A DNA stretch of 64,000 nucleotides from an uncultured Chloroflexia bacterium (GTDB lineage: Bacteria; Chloroflexota; Limnocylindria; QHBO01): the NCBI GenBank assembly GCA_963827475.1, contig CAWHAZ010000004.1, forward strand, positions 160,001-224,000, in the 5' to 3' direction. The position numbers were made by a program, and so were the translations under genes. Below are positions 1 through 9,957 of the stretch, piece after piece. The notes under the pieces are model-generated. The model saw only the letters and a list, made by a program, of their open reading frames with translations. It searched no databases and was not told where the DNA came from. Each line of letters starts with the position of its first letter. Position 1 is the stretch's first letter.

Positions 1-768
1 GAGCCCGCAGCCGAGCTCCGCGAGGAGACACCCGCGGATACCGATGTGGAGCCCACGGCGGCAGGGCTCGAGGAGGCCGATGACGGTGGCCTGACCCCGG
101 TCATGGCCGATGAGGCGGCCGCCCCGCCCCGAAGCTCGTCCCGTGGCCGTGGCCGTGGCCGCGAGTCGAGCGGCGCGTCGACGCGTTCATCGCGCGAGGG
201 GCGACCGCCCCGGGAGCGACGGCCGTCAGAAGCCCGCAACGGCGACACGCGCCCGGAGCCGCGCCCGTTCGTCCCGGCCAAGCCGATGGACGAGCTGTCC
301 GAGTCCGAGCGGGCGACCCTCGACGAGGCCAAGTCCGTCCTCGAGGAGCTGCTTCGCCTCATGGAGCTGCCCGGCACCGTCGAGGTCGCCATGGGCACAG
401 AGGCGGCGAAGCTCAACGTGGTGGGCGATGACCTCGGGGTCCTCATCGGCCGGCGTGGCGAGAAGCTGGCGAGCCTCCAGCACATCGTCAACCTCATCGT
501 CGCCCGCCGCGAGGGACAGCTGAACCGGATCATGGTCGACGTCGAGAACTACCGCGGCCGGCGCGAGGACCAGCTCCGGGACGTCGCCGACCGCGCCGCC
601 CAGCGCGTCGCCCAGAGCGGCAAGATCATCCAGCTCGAGGCCATGCCGGCCATGGAGCGGCGGATCGTCCATCTCGCCCTCTCCGAGCACGACACGGTGC
701 GGACGCAGAGCGTGGGCGTCGAACCGAACCGCCGCGTGGTCATCCTGCCCGCCAACAAGGTCGGGTAG
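1..768 (+). CDS. jag: RNA-binding protein Jag/EloR/KhpB (KH + R3H), 5'-truncated by the window
   Basis: KH motif LIGRRGEKL, DVENYR, R3H motif ERRIVH, SVGVEPNRRVVI; frame is open from base 1. Confidence 0.93.
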   Translation, partial: EPAAELREETPADTDVEPTAAGLEEADDGGLTPVMADEAAAPPRSSSRGRGRGRESSGASTRSSREGRPPRERRPSEARNGDTRPEPRPFVPAKPMDELSESERATLDEAKSVLEELLRLMELPGTVEVAMGTEAAKLNVVGDDLGVLIGRRGEKLASLQHIVNLIVARREGQLNRIMVDVENYRGRREDQLRDVADRAAQRVAQSGKIIQLEAMPAMERRIVHLALSEHDTVRTQSVGVEPNRRVVILPANKVG

Positions 769-784
769 GACCGGGCCCGGCTCC

Positions 785-1234
785 ATGTCCCGCTCCGCCA
801 CGCCGGCGGAGGGCGGCGGTCCGGTCCATGCCATCGGCCGCCTCGGCCCGGAGGGGCCGTGGATCGGCTTCGCGCGGAGGGCGGGCGGCCACCACCTGGT
901 CTTCGGCCGCCCCGATGGCTTGGTGGCGACCGATCCGACCACCGATCCCGGTGAACGTCGCGCCGGGCTGGTGGCGGCCGCCGTCTCGTTCTACCTCGGC
1001 ACGCTCTCGGACCCTCCCGCGGAGCTGGAGACCACCCAGGCTGACATTGCCGCTCTCGTCTCCGAGCTCGCCTCCGGCGACGTCGACGACGCCACGGCGT
1101 GGCGGGAAGCGCTCGACGCCATCGACGACGGGCTCCCGGCGGAGGCGGTCGCGCTCCGCCTCCAGCGGCTGCTGCCGGCGGGGGCGGACGCGCTGACGAT
1201 CCTCCGCGCCCGAGCGCGGTCGGCGACTCGCTGA
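785..1234 (+). CDS. hypothetical protein (149 aa)
   Basis: Starts 16 nt after the jag stop, protein-like composition, no recognisable motif. Confidence 0.6.
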   Translation: MSRSATPAEGGGPVHAIGRLGPEGPWIGFARRAGGHHLVFGRPDGLVATDPTTDPGERRAGLVAAAVSFYLGTLSDPPAELETTQADIAALVSELASGDVDDATAWREALDAIDDGLPAEAVALRLQRLLPAGADALTILRARARSATR

Positions 1235-1302
1235 GGCGATCAGGCCGAGGGCGGGTCCAAGGGCGGTTCGGCGGGCGGCGTGGGCCCGCATGGGAGGGGG
1301 AA

Positions 1303-1660
1303 TGGTGGAGATGGGGGAGAATCGAACTCCCCGTCCAAGACCGAGTTGCCGGGTCTCACTACGAGCGTGTCCGGCTTACTTGGGTTTCGGGCCACGGGCC
1401 CCCAACCGGCGGGGTGCTCCGCGTCCTATCCGGCCGCCTTTCGGCTCTTTGTCACCGCTCACCGGAGTCGGCGGTGCCGCATCTCCCCTGATGACATCTT
1501 CGCCGCCCGGGGAGAGGGGACGGCGTCGATGCTCACTGACTAGGCAGCGAGAGCAAACTGACGGTTGCCAGTTGCGGCTTGCCCGCGGTTTTACGAGGCC
1601 TGCGGGCGACCTCGGCTCGCGATTCCCGGTTCCTGGGCCCTGTCGAAACCTGACATCCCC
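1303..1660 (-). ncRNA. ssrA: tmRNA; tag (A)GNRQFALAA* encoded at 1569-1540
   Basis: Minus strand begins GGGGATGTCAGGTTTCGACAG and ends GGGGAGTTCGATTCTCCCCCATCTCCACCA (tRNA-Ala-like domain with encoded CCA); tag ends in LAA; adjacent to smpB. Confidence 0.96.
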
Positions 1661-1690
1661 ACGAACCGCCGGCGTGATTCCGGCCCCTCA

Positions 1691-1699
1691 AGGATACCA
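1691..1699 (-). promoter_or_regulatory. probable extended -10 promoter (TG-G-TATCCT) for tmRNA
   Basis: TGnTAnnnT about 30 nt upstream of the mature tmRNA 5' end. Confidence 0.5.
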
Positions 1700-1744
1700 A
1701 ACGGCCCATCGGATCTCGAAACCCGAGCCCGTCCGGGCACCCGG

Positions 1745-2203
1745 TCAGAGCTTGACCCGGACCTTCGACTCCCGTTCCAGCTGACGACGCGCGTCCCGCT
1801 CGGCGATGACCCGCCGCTTGTCGTGTGTCTTTCGCCCACGGGCCAGGCCGAGCTCGATCTTCGCCAGGCCATCGCGCAGGTACAGCCGGAGCGGGACGAG
1901 GGTGTAGCCCTTGGCCTGGGTCTTCCCCACCAGCTCCGAGATCTGGTCGCGGTGGAGGAGGAGCTTGCGGGTGCGGGTCGGCTCGTGGTTGAAGCGGTTC
2001 GCCTGCTCGTACAGCGCGATGTGCGCGCCGATGAGCCAGGCCTCGCCGCGCTCGATCCGCGCATACGCCTCGGCCAGGTTGGCGCGACCCGCGCGGATGC
2101 TCTTGATCTCGGACCCGGTCAGGACGAGCCCGGCCTCAACCGTCTCCTCGACGCTGTACTCGTGGCGGGCGCGGCGGTTGAGCGCGACCGTGTGCTCACC
2201 CAT
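1745..2203 (-). CDS. smpB: SsrA-binding protein SmpB
   Basis: [37 protein letters not shown]. Confidence 0.97.
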   Translation of the reverse strand: MGEHTVALNRRARHEYSVEETVEAGLVLTGSEIKSIRAGRANLAEAYARIERGEAWLIGAHIALYEQANRFNHEPTRTRKLLLHRDQISELVGKTQAKGYTLVPLRLYLRDGLAKIELGLARGRKTHDKRRVIAERDARRQLERESKVRVKL

Positions 2204-2226
2204 CAGTTTCGTCCCATCATCGGTCT

Positions 2227-2257
2227 GAATGAAAGAGCCGGCCTCGCGGCCGGCTCT
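2227..2257 (-). terminator. intrinsic-terminator-like hairpin upstream of smpB
   Basis: AGAGCCGGCC-GCGA-GGCCGGCTCT (10-bp stem, GNRA loop) followed by TTCATTC on the minus strand. Confidence 0.65.
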
Positions 2258-2282
2258 CGTTCGCTACCACGCGAAGGCTGTG

Positions 2283-2324
2283 TCAGTGCACCGCCTCGGT
2301 GGTGGCGCGCTTGGAACTATCCAT
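2283..2324 (-). CDS. putative leader/small peptide MDSSKRATTEAVH (13 aa)
   Basis: Preceded by an extended SD GAAAGGAGGTGG and a TG-C-TAGCAT promoter (2362-2354); followed by a terminator hairpin. Confidence 0.5.
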   Translation of the reverse strand: MDSSKRATTEAVH

Positions 2325-2356
2325 CTGCACACCACCTCCTTTCGTGGCCGCGGATG

Positions 2357-3800
2357 CTAGCACGCGTACCGCGAGGCCCACAAGCCGGTTTCCGGTGCCC
2401 AGCCCACCACCGACAGGCCGGCCGGCCAGGCACCGCTGGCGGCGACCGGCTTTGCCGGCGCGCCGGGCGCCCCTGCTGCTTCAGCCACGGTCGCCAGGTA
2501 GGCAAGCGCCTCGTCGAGGACCGGGTCCTCGTCTGGCGGGGTCCCCTCCGGAATGGCCACCGTGATGTCCGGCTGCACGCCGTCGGGGGCGACGCTGTTG
2601 TGATCCGGGGTGAACCAGCGCGAGATCGTGATCCGGACGCCGCCACCGTTCACCAGCTCGTCCCAGATCTGCACCGTGTTCTTGCCGAACGTCGGTTCGC
2701 CGATGAGGGTCGCTCGGTCGTGTCTCGAGGAGCGCCGCGGCGACGATCTCGGACGCCGATGCCGAGCCGCCGTTGATCAGGACGACCACCTCGATCGCCG
2801 AGTCGGTGGCGTGCCCGTCGCCGGTCGCCTCCCAATCGATCACTTCGTCGCCGGATCCCTCCTGGGTGAACAGCAGGCCCTCCTCGACGAACTCCGAGGC
2901 GATGTCGCGAGCGGCGGTGATGTAGCCGCCGGGGTTGTCCCGCAGGTCGAACACGATCTGGTCGGCACCCGCGTCGAGCAGGTCGCCGAGCTGCTCGCCG
3001 AACTGGGCAGGCGAGTCCGTGCTGAAGCCATGCAGCGCGATGTACCCGACGTGCCCGTCCAGCAGCTCGCTCTCGACCTCGACCACGACGATCTCGGCCC
3101 GGGTGATGGTCAGGTCGAACACCTCGCCGTCGCGCTCGATGGTGAGGGTGACGTCGGTTCCTTCCGGGCCGCGGACCTCCGACACCTCGTCCTGGATCGT
3201 GCTCCCCTCCACGCTCTCTCCGTCAACCGCCAGGATGACGTCCCCCGACTGCACCCCGGCCGCCTCTGCCGGTGAGCCCTCGATCGGGGCCACGACCACC
3301 AGCACGCACGTGTCCGACAGGGTCGCGCAGGCCTCGAGGTCGTCGGGGTTCTCGGTGTTCTCCACGGCGAGCTCCGCGCCGATCCCGCTGAAGGTCCCCG
3401 ACAGGTCGCCGAGCGAATTCTGGTACTCCTCGGCATTCATGTAGCCGCTGTATGGGTCGGCCACCCCGTACTGGAACATCCCCTCCAGCGCGCCCTCGAC
3501 CAGCTGGTCGTCGTCGAGCTCGTCGACGTACTCGGCCTGGAGCTTGTCGTAGGCCTCGCAGAAGGCCTCGAACGCCTCGCTGGGCGCTGCGCACGAACTG
3601 CTGCCACCACCACCGCCTCCACCGGCGGCGAGATAGCCGCCAATGAACAGGCTGGTCCCGAGCAGCGCCGCCAGGGCGAAGAGCACCGCGTAGCGTATCG
3701 ACCGGCCGATCGTTGACCGGCCGTTCGTCGCGACGGGAGCCTGGGTCGGGACGGGCGGAGAATCGGTTTCGGGCAGGCCCGAAGGTGTGGTGTCGTCCAT
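2357..3800 (-). CDS. ctpA: S41A carboxyl-terminal processing protease (PDZ); frameshift near 2720, probably an assembly error
   Basis: FSGIG, PDZ segment, DLRDNPGG, SASASEI; the TFGK/ITISRWFTP/GVQPD C-terminus continues in ORF 2357..2674. Confidence 0.9.
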
Positions 3801-3874
3801 CTGGGGGGCGGGAGTGTAGCACCGGTCAGATCAAGGCCCGGTTTCGGCCAGATGCCGTTCTCGTAACCGGCGGC

Positions 3875-4768
3875 TCAGGCTCCCGACGCGAGGTGGGCGC
3901 GAACGCTGATCCAGCTGCCGAGCATGCCGACGGTCAGGCCGACCGACACGATGAGCACCGCGACCACGGTGTAGAACTGCGCCCCAACCGCGGTCGGCAT
4001 CTGGAAGATCTCGACCATGAGCGGCTGGATCGGTCCCCAGATCAGTGCCACCAGGAGGATGGTGACCACCGCGCCCAGCAGGCCGCAGAGCATGCCCTCG
4101 ACGATGAACGGCCAGCGGATGAACGCGTCGCTGGCCCCGACCAGTCGCATGATCTCGATCTCGCGGCTCCGCGAGAAGACCGCGATCCGGATCGTGTTCA
4201 CGATCATGAAGACCACCGTCAGGCCCACGAGGACCATGGCCGACAGCCCGGCCAGGCGGACGACGTTGGTCACGCCCAGCAGCTTGTCGTACTGCTCCTG
4301 GCGGGTGGTGATGACCTCCACCTCCTCGCGTTCGCGGAGCGCATCTCCGACCGATGCGGCGGCGGAGGGATCGATCAGGGCGACCTCGATGCTCGAGTAC
4401 AGGCTGATCTCCGCCCCGCCGGTGTCGAGGATCTGCCCGCGATCGGCGTACTCCTCCTCGAGGCGGTCCATCGCCATCTCGGGCGACACGTACTCGACCG
4501 ACTCCACCCCGGGCAGCGCGCTGACGTCGGCGACCAGGGCGAGGATTTCCCACCCCTCGAGCCCGTCGACCAGGCGGGCGGTGACCCCGACCTTGCTCTC
4601 GATGTAGTTCAGCCCCGAGTTCAGGCCGGCCAGCACGATGGCGAGGCCCGACAGCAGAACCAGCATGAGGATGACCGTCGCGGTGGCGGCGAGGCTCATC
4701 ATCCGGTTGCGCCAGAATCCCTGGCCGGCGCGGACCATGGTGAAGCCGAGGAATCTCAGGAAGGCCAT
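3875..4768 (-). CDS. ftsX: cell division ABC permease FtsX
   Basis: IVNTIRIAVFSRSREIEIMRLVGAS..FIRWPF..EG; downstream of ftsE. Confidence 0.93.
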   Translation of the reverse strand: MAFLRFLGFTMVRAGQGFWRNRMMSLAATATVILMLVLLSGLAIVLAGLNSGLNYIESKVGVTARLVDGLEGWEILALVADVSALPGVESVEYVSPEMAMDRLEEEYADRGQILDTGGAEISLYSSIEVALIDPSAAASVGDALREREEVEVITTRQEQYDKLLGVTNVVRLAGLSAMVLVGLTVVFMIVNTIRIAVFSRSREIEIMRLVGASDAFIRWPFIVEGMLCGLLGAVVTILLVALIWGPIQPLMVEIFQMPTAVGAQFYTVVAVLIVSVGLTVGMLGSWISVRAHLASGA

Positions 4769-4806
4769 GTCGCGCGCCATCCTACCCGGGCGACGCAAGG
4801 CCTCGG

Positions 4807-5523
4807 CTACGAGCGGCGGTAGGCGGCCCCCAGCTCGTCGCGGACGATGCGGCCATCCTCCAGGGCCACGACCCGTCGGCGGAGGGCGGTCACGATCTCC
4901 TGGTTGTGGGTGGCCATGACCAGGGTCGTGCCCAGCGCGTTGATCTCGAGCAGGAGCTGGACGATCTCCCAGCCGGTGACCGGGTCGAGGTTTCCGGTCG
5001 GCTCGTCGGCGATGAGGATCGCGGGGTCGTGGACGAGGGCGCGGGCGATCGCCGCCCGCTGCTGCTCGCCGCCGGACAGCTGGGCCGGCAGCTGCTCCGA
5101 CTGGCCCTCGAGGCCGACGAGGGACAGGAGGCGCGGGACGCGGTGGCGGATCTCGCTCAGCGGGGCGCCGGTCACCTCCAGCGCGAACGCCACGTTCTCG
5201 CGCACCGTCTTGTTCGGCAGCAGCCGGAAATCCTGGAACACGACGCCGATCCGTCGACGGATGCGGTGGACCTGGGCCCGGCTGATGCGGGCCACGTCTC
5301 GGCCGGCGAGGTACACCCGGCCGTGGGTCGCGACCTGCTCACGGACGAGCAGCCGGATGAGCGTGGACTTCCCCGCTCCAGACGGGCCGACGAGGAAGAT
5401 GAAGTCGCCGCGGCCGACCTCGAGATCGACGTTGGTCAGCGCCGTCTTGCCGTTGGGGTAGGTGACGGCGACGTCGACCAGTCGGATGATCGGGTCGCTG
5501 GCGGTGGCCACCGATGCGCTCAT
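4807..5523 (-). CDS. ftsE: cell division ATP-binding protein FtsE
   Basis: [33 protein letters not shown]. Confidence 0.95.
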   Translation of the reverse strand: MSASVATASDPIIRLVDVAVTYPNGKTALTNVDLEVGRGDFIFLVGPSGAGKSTLIRLLVREQVATHGRVYLAGRDVARISRAQVHRIRRRIGVVFQDFRLLPNKTVRENVAFALEVTGAPLSEIRHRVPRLLSLVGLEGQSEQLPAQLSGGEQQRAAIARALVHDPAILIADEPTGNLDPVTGWEIVQLLLEINALGTTLVMATHNQEIVTALRRRVVALEDGRIVRDELGAAYRRS

Positions 5524-6643
5524 GCCGCCCCATTCTCGTCGGTCCCGATCTGCGAGCGCAGGTATCCCTCGATGAACGGGTCGAGCTCGCCATCGAGGAC
5601 AGCGGTCGGGTTCGAGGTCTCGACCCCGGTCCGCAGGTCCTTGACCATGGTGTACGGCTGGAGCACGTAGCTCCGGATCTGGTTCCCCCAGCCGGCCTCG
5701 ACGTGCACCCCGCGCAGTCGCGCGAGCTCGGCCTCCCGCTCCTCCTCCGCCCGCTCGACGAGCTTGGCGCGCAGGACGGCCATCGCCCGTTCCCGGTTCT
5801 GCATCTGGCTCCGCTCGTTCTGGCAGGTGACCACGATCCCGGTCGGCAGGTGGGTGATCCGCACCGCGGAATCGGTCTTGTTCACGTGCTGGCCGCCGGC
5901 GCCGCTGGACCGATAGGTGTCGATCTTCAGGTCGTCATCGCGGATCTCGATCGCGGCGTCGGCCGGGACCTCCGGCATGACCTCGACCAGGGCGAACGAG
6001 GTGTGGCGCCGCTTCTGGGAGTCGAAGGGGCTGATCCGGACCAGGCGATGCACGCCCCGCTCGCTCCGCAGCCGACCGTAGGCCCACCGGCCGTCGATGG
6101 CCGCGGTGACGCTCTTCAGCCCCGCCTCCTCCCCCTCGGACTGGTCGAGGATCTCGGTCTTGTAGCGCTGTCGCTCGGCCCAGCGCAGGTACATCCGGAG
6201 CAGCATCTCGGCCCAGTCCTGGCTCTCGGTCCCGCCGGCGCCGGCGTAGACCGAGACGATCGCCGGCCGCTCGTCGTAGGCGCCGCCGAGCAGCAGTCGT
6301 TGCTCGGCCGAGGCCCAGCTCGGCCTGGAGGGCCGCCAGCGAAGCCTCCAGGTCGCCGCGCATCGTCGCGCCGCCGTCCGGCTCGGCCGCGGCCAGTTCG
6401 GTCAGGTCGTCGAGATCGGTGGCCTGGCGTTCGAGATCGGTCCAGAAGCCGATCTCATCGCGGAGCTCGTCCGCGCGACGCAGGACCGCCTGGGCACGGC
6501 CAGGGTCGTCCCACAGGTTGGGGTCTCCCGACTGGGCGGTCAGCTCCTCGAGCTCGGCCTGCTTTGCCGGCAAGTCAAAGACGCACTGCCGTGTCGGCGA
6601 CGAGGCGCGCCAGGCGCTGGGCCTCGCTCCTAATTTCGTCCAA
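5520..6643 (-). CDS. prfB: peptide chain release factor 2 with programmed +1 frameshift (CTT TGA C at 6580-6574) plus a probable error indel near 6315
   Basis: SPF and GGQ motifs; ORF0 (TTG)[28 protein letters not shown]; an extra G in CTGGGCC breaks [14 protein letters not shown]. Confidence 0.93.
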
Positions 6644-6938
6644 GGTCGGCGACGAGGGGGAGCTCAACATCGGCCAGCCGGCTCGATCGCGAGCGGAGCT
6701 TGGCCGGGTTCACGCAGGGGCAGTAGCTCTGGCGCGGGCAGGCGCCGCAGTTGCCGTCACAGCCGAGCGTCGCGGCGTAGCTGCAGCGCATGCAGTCGCG
6801 CTCGCACTGGATGAGGTCCTCGTAGGGGACCGCGGGGTCCCGGAAGCGGGTGACGAGGGGGAGAGGGTTGGACGGATGGGGAGCCGGAGACGGGAGGTCG
6901 GAGATCTCGATGGGAGCCTCGCCCGTCAGTTGCTTCAC
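6630..6938 (-). CDS. small Cys-rich protein (2x CxxxCxxC + CxC), about 102 aa
   Basis: GTG start after GGAGGAG; CERDCMRC, CDGNCGAC, CPC; stop overlaps the prfB start. Confidence 0.65.
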   Translation of the reverse strand: MKQLTGEAPIEISDLPSPAPHPSNPLPLVTRFRDPAVPYEDLIQCERDCMRCSYAATLGCDGNCGACPRQSYCPCVNPAKLRSRSSRLADVELPLVADLGRN

Positions 6939-7052
6939 ACGCTCCTCCGCCCACGGGGGCGCGTCGCTCCGAGGACCGACGTACCGTAGAGGAGCCCATC
7001 CTACCCGGACCGGCTCGGCCTGCCAACCCCCCAATTCGGGACGGGGTCCGAT

Positions 7053-9908
7053 TCAGGCCCCGTGGCAGCGCTTGTACTTCTTTCCGGAGCCGCAGTAGCA
7101 CGGGTCGTTGCGCCCGATCTTGGTCGCCGCCCGCGCCGGTTGCCCTCCGCCGCCGGCGGCCGCCACGGCGCCGGCCGCGGCCCCGACTGCCATCGCCGAG
7201 GGGCCGCCGCCGTTGACGTCCGGTCGGCTCTCGACCATCCGCGGGGCGGCGGCCGCGGCCGGCTGGCGGACGACGGTCACCCGGAAGATGGTCCGCGCCA
7301 CGTCCCGGCGGATCATGGCCTTGAGCTCGTCGAACATGCGGAAGGCCTCGACTTTGAACTCGTTGAGCGGGTCGCGCTGGCTGTAGGCCCGCAGGCCGAT
7401 GCTCCGCCGCATGTCGTCCACGGCGGTGAGGTGCTCGACCCACAGCCCGTCGATCACGCGCAGCAGCACGACGCGGTTGAGGGCGGCCATCGCCTCTTCC
7501 CCGAGGTCGTCCCGTCGGTGCTGGTAGTGCGTCTCCGCCGCCTCCACCAGCGCGTCGGCCACCGCGTCCGCGTCGCGCTCGGCGTCCACCACCTCGAGGT
7601 CGGTGGTGGTGAACGGGACCATCGTCGTGAGCTGCGCCTTCAACCCGTCCCGGTTCCACTCGGACGGGTCGCCGGCGGTGGACTCGGCCACCAGGCTGCG
7701 GATCTCGGCCTCGACCAGGGCCAGGACGGTGCCGGACAGGTCGTCGGCGCGGAGGAGGTGGTCGCGCTCGCCGTAGATCGTCTCGCGCTGGAGGTTGATG
7801 ACGTCGTCGTACTGGACGACGTGCTTGCGCAGGTCGAAGTTGTAGCCCTCGACCCGCGTCTGGGCACCCTCGATCGTGCGGCTCACGATGCCCGACTCGA
7901 GCGCCATGTCATCGGTGAAGCCGACCTTCTGCATGAGTCCCTGGACCCGGTCGCTGGCGAACCGGCGCATGAGGTCGTCCTCGAGGGACAGGTAGAACCG
8001 GCTGCTGCCCGGGTCGCCCTGCCGGCCGGAGCGACCGCGGAGCTGGTTGTCGATGCGCCGCGCCTCGTGACGCTCGGTCCCGACGATGTGCAGCCCGCCA
8101 GCCTCCACCACCTTCACGCGATCCTCCGCGGTGGTCGCCTCAGCCTGGGCCATGGCCTCCGCCATCTGCTCCGGCGTGGCCTCCAGCACGTTCGTCCCGG
8201 CCTGGTGGAGCAGGTCGGCGGCAAGCATCTCCGGGTTGCCGCCGAGCAGGATGTCCGTCCCTCGGCCGGCCATGTTGGTCGCGATCGTCACCGCCCCGCT
8301 CCGGCCGGCCTGGGCCACGATCTCGGCTTCCCTTTCGTGGAACTTCGCGTTCAGCACGTTGTGCTTGATGCCGCGCCGCTTCAGCAGGTCGGACAGCATC
8401 TCGCTGACCTCGACGCTGATCGTGCCGACCAGCACCGGACGGCCCTTCTCGTGCTCCTCCGCGATCTCGTCCGCGACCGCTTCCCACTTCGCCTTCTGGC
8501 CGGCGTACACCAGGTCCGCGAAGTCGTCGCGGATCATCGGCACGTGGGTCGGGACGACGACCACCTCGAGGCCGTAGATCTTCGCGAACTCCTCCGCCTC
8601 GGTCTCGGCGGTACCCGTCATCCCGGCCAGCTTGCGGTACATCCGGAAGTAGTTCTGGAACGTGACGGTGGCGAGAGTCTGGGACTCGCTCTGGATGCGG
8701 GCGCCTTCCTTGGCCTCGACCGCCTGGTGGAGCCCCTCGCTCCAGCGACGCCCCGGCATGAGGCGACCGGTGAACTCGTCGACGATGACGACCTCGCCGT
8801 CCTTGACGACGTAGTCCCGGTCCCGCTTGTAGAGAGCCTCCGCCTTGAGCGCCTGCTCCAGGTGGCGGGCCATGCTGAAGTCGTCGTCGAACAGGTTCGC
8901 CACGCCGAGCATCCGCTCCATCTTGTCGGTCCCGATCTCGGTGATCGCGACCTGGCGGAACTTCTCGTCGATGATGTAGTCCTCTTCGGCCTTCAGGCGT
9001 GGGACGAGCCGCGCGAACTGGACGTATCGGTCGGTCGACTGCTCGGCCTGGCCGCTGATGATCAGCGGGGTGCGGGCCTCGTCGATGAGGATGTTGTCGA
9101 CCTCGTCGACGATGGCGAAGAAGTGGCCGCGCTGGACGCGGAGGTTCAGGTCGGCGACCAGGTTGTCGCGCAGGAAGTCGAACCCGAACTCGTTGTTCGT
9201 GCCGTAGGTCACGTCCGCGGCGTACGCCTCGCGGCGGGTGACCGGCCGGAGGTCCTGCAGCCGCTCGTCGGTGGCGACGAAGTCGGGGTCGTAGACATAG
9301 GCGGCCTCGTGCTGGATCGACCCGACCACCATTCCCAGCCGATGGAACACCGCCCCGATCCACTGCGCGTCGCGCTTGGCGAGGTAGTCGTTGACGGTCA
9401 CGACGTGCACGCCCTGGCCGGCCAGGGCGTTGAGGTAGGCGGCCAGCGGAGCGACGAACGTCTTGCCTTCGCCGGTCTTCATCTCGGCGATCTCGCCGCG
9501 GTGGAGGACCATCCCGCCGACGAGCTGGACGTCGTAGTGCCGCTTGCCGAGGGCGCGGACCATCGCCTCGCGGACGGCGGCGAACGCCTCCGGGATGAGC
9601 TTGTCCAGCGCGGCGTTGACCTGCTCCGTCTCCCGCTTGCGCTGCTCGTGCTGGCGCTCGCGGCGCCGGGCGGGGTCGCCGCCGACCAGCTCCGACTCCT
9701 CGTCCGACGCGGCGGTGGGGGCCGGGTCGAGGATGTCCCCGAGATCCTCGCGCAGTCGCTCGCGGAACAGCGCCGTGCGGCCCCGGAGATCCTCGTCACT
9801 CAGGGCGTGGTACTCGGGCTCGAGCGCATTGGCCCGCTCGACGAGCGGATCCAGGCGGCGGATCTCGCGTTCGTTGGAGTCCACCACCCGGGAGAAGAGC
9901 TTCAGCAT
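7053..9908 (-). CDS. secA: protein translocase subunit SecA
   Basis: [39 protein letters not shown] motif [18 protein letters not shown]. Confidence 0.98.
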   Translation of the reverse strand: MLKLFSRVVDSNEREIRRLDPLVERANALEPEYHALSDEDLRGRTALFRERLREDLGDILDPAPTAASDEESELVGGDPARRRERQHEQRKRETEQVNAALDKLIPEAFAAVREAMVRALGKRHYDVQLVGGMVLHRGEIAEMKTGEGKTFVAPLAAYLNALAGQGVHVVTVNDYLAKRDAQWIGAVFHRLGMVVGSIQHEAAYVYDPDFVATDERLQDLRPVTRREAYAADVTYGTNNEFGFDFLRDNLVADLNLRVQRGHFFAIVDEVDNILIDEARTPLIISGQAEQSTDRYVQFARLVPRLKAEEDYIIDEKFRQVAITEIGTDKMERMLGVANLFDDDFSMARHLEQALKAEALYKRDRDYVVKDGEVVIVDEFTGRLMPGRRWSEGLHQAVEAKEGARIQSESQTLATVTFQNYFRMYRKLAGMTGTAETEAEEFAKIYGLEVVVVPTHVPMIRDDFADLVYAGQKAKWEAVADEIAEEHEKGRPVLVGTISVEVSEMLSDLLKRRGIKHNVLNAKFHEREAEIVAQAGRSGAVTIATNMAGRGTDILLGGNPEMLAADLLHQAGTNVLEATPEQMAEAMAQAEATTAEDRVKVVEAGGLHIVGTERHEARRIDNQLRGRSGRQGDPGSSRFYLSLEDDLMRRFASDRVQGLMQKVGFTDDMALESGIVSRTIEGAQTRVEGYNFDLRKHVVQYDDVINLQRETIYGERDHLLRADDLSGTVLALVEAEIRSLVAESTAGDPSEWNRDGLKAQLTTMVPFTTTDLEVVDAERDADAVADALVEAAETHYQHRRDDLGEEAMAALNRVVLLRVIDGLWVEHLTAVDDMRRSIGLRAYSQRDPLNEFKVEAFRMFDELKAMIRRDVARTIFRVTVVRQPAAAAAPRMVESRPDVNGGGPSAMAVGAAAGAVAAAGGGGQPARAATKIGRNDPCYCGSGKKYKRCHGA

Positions 9909-9957
9909 TGGTCGGCGGCGAGTATATCCGCCTCCCCCGGGAACCCCCGATCGCGGG

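Noticed and set aside
140-161. CCGTGG x3 short repeat
   Set aside because: It encodes the RGRGRGR low-complexity linker in Jag.
1240-1330. Prophage or island integrated at the tmRNA 3' end
   Set aside because: No integrase and no duplicated tmRNA 3' end were seen in the window.
2331-2343. ACCACCTCCTTTC resembling the 16S rRNA 3' end
   Set aside because: There is no other rRNA sequence around it; it is the complement of a strong SD on the minus strand.
6300-6320. Second frameshift in prfB, and breaks in ctpA, acnX, atpB and atpA, as pseudogenes or recoding sites
   Set aside because: The genes are essential or otherwise intact, with single-base indels and no slippery signals; long-read error is the simplest explanation.
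6630-6938. Radical SAM enzyme suggested by CxxxCxxC
   Set aside because: At about 100 aa there is no room for the TIM-barrel core. Kept only as an unknown metal-binding protein.
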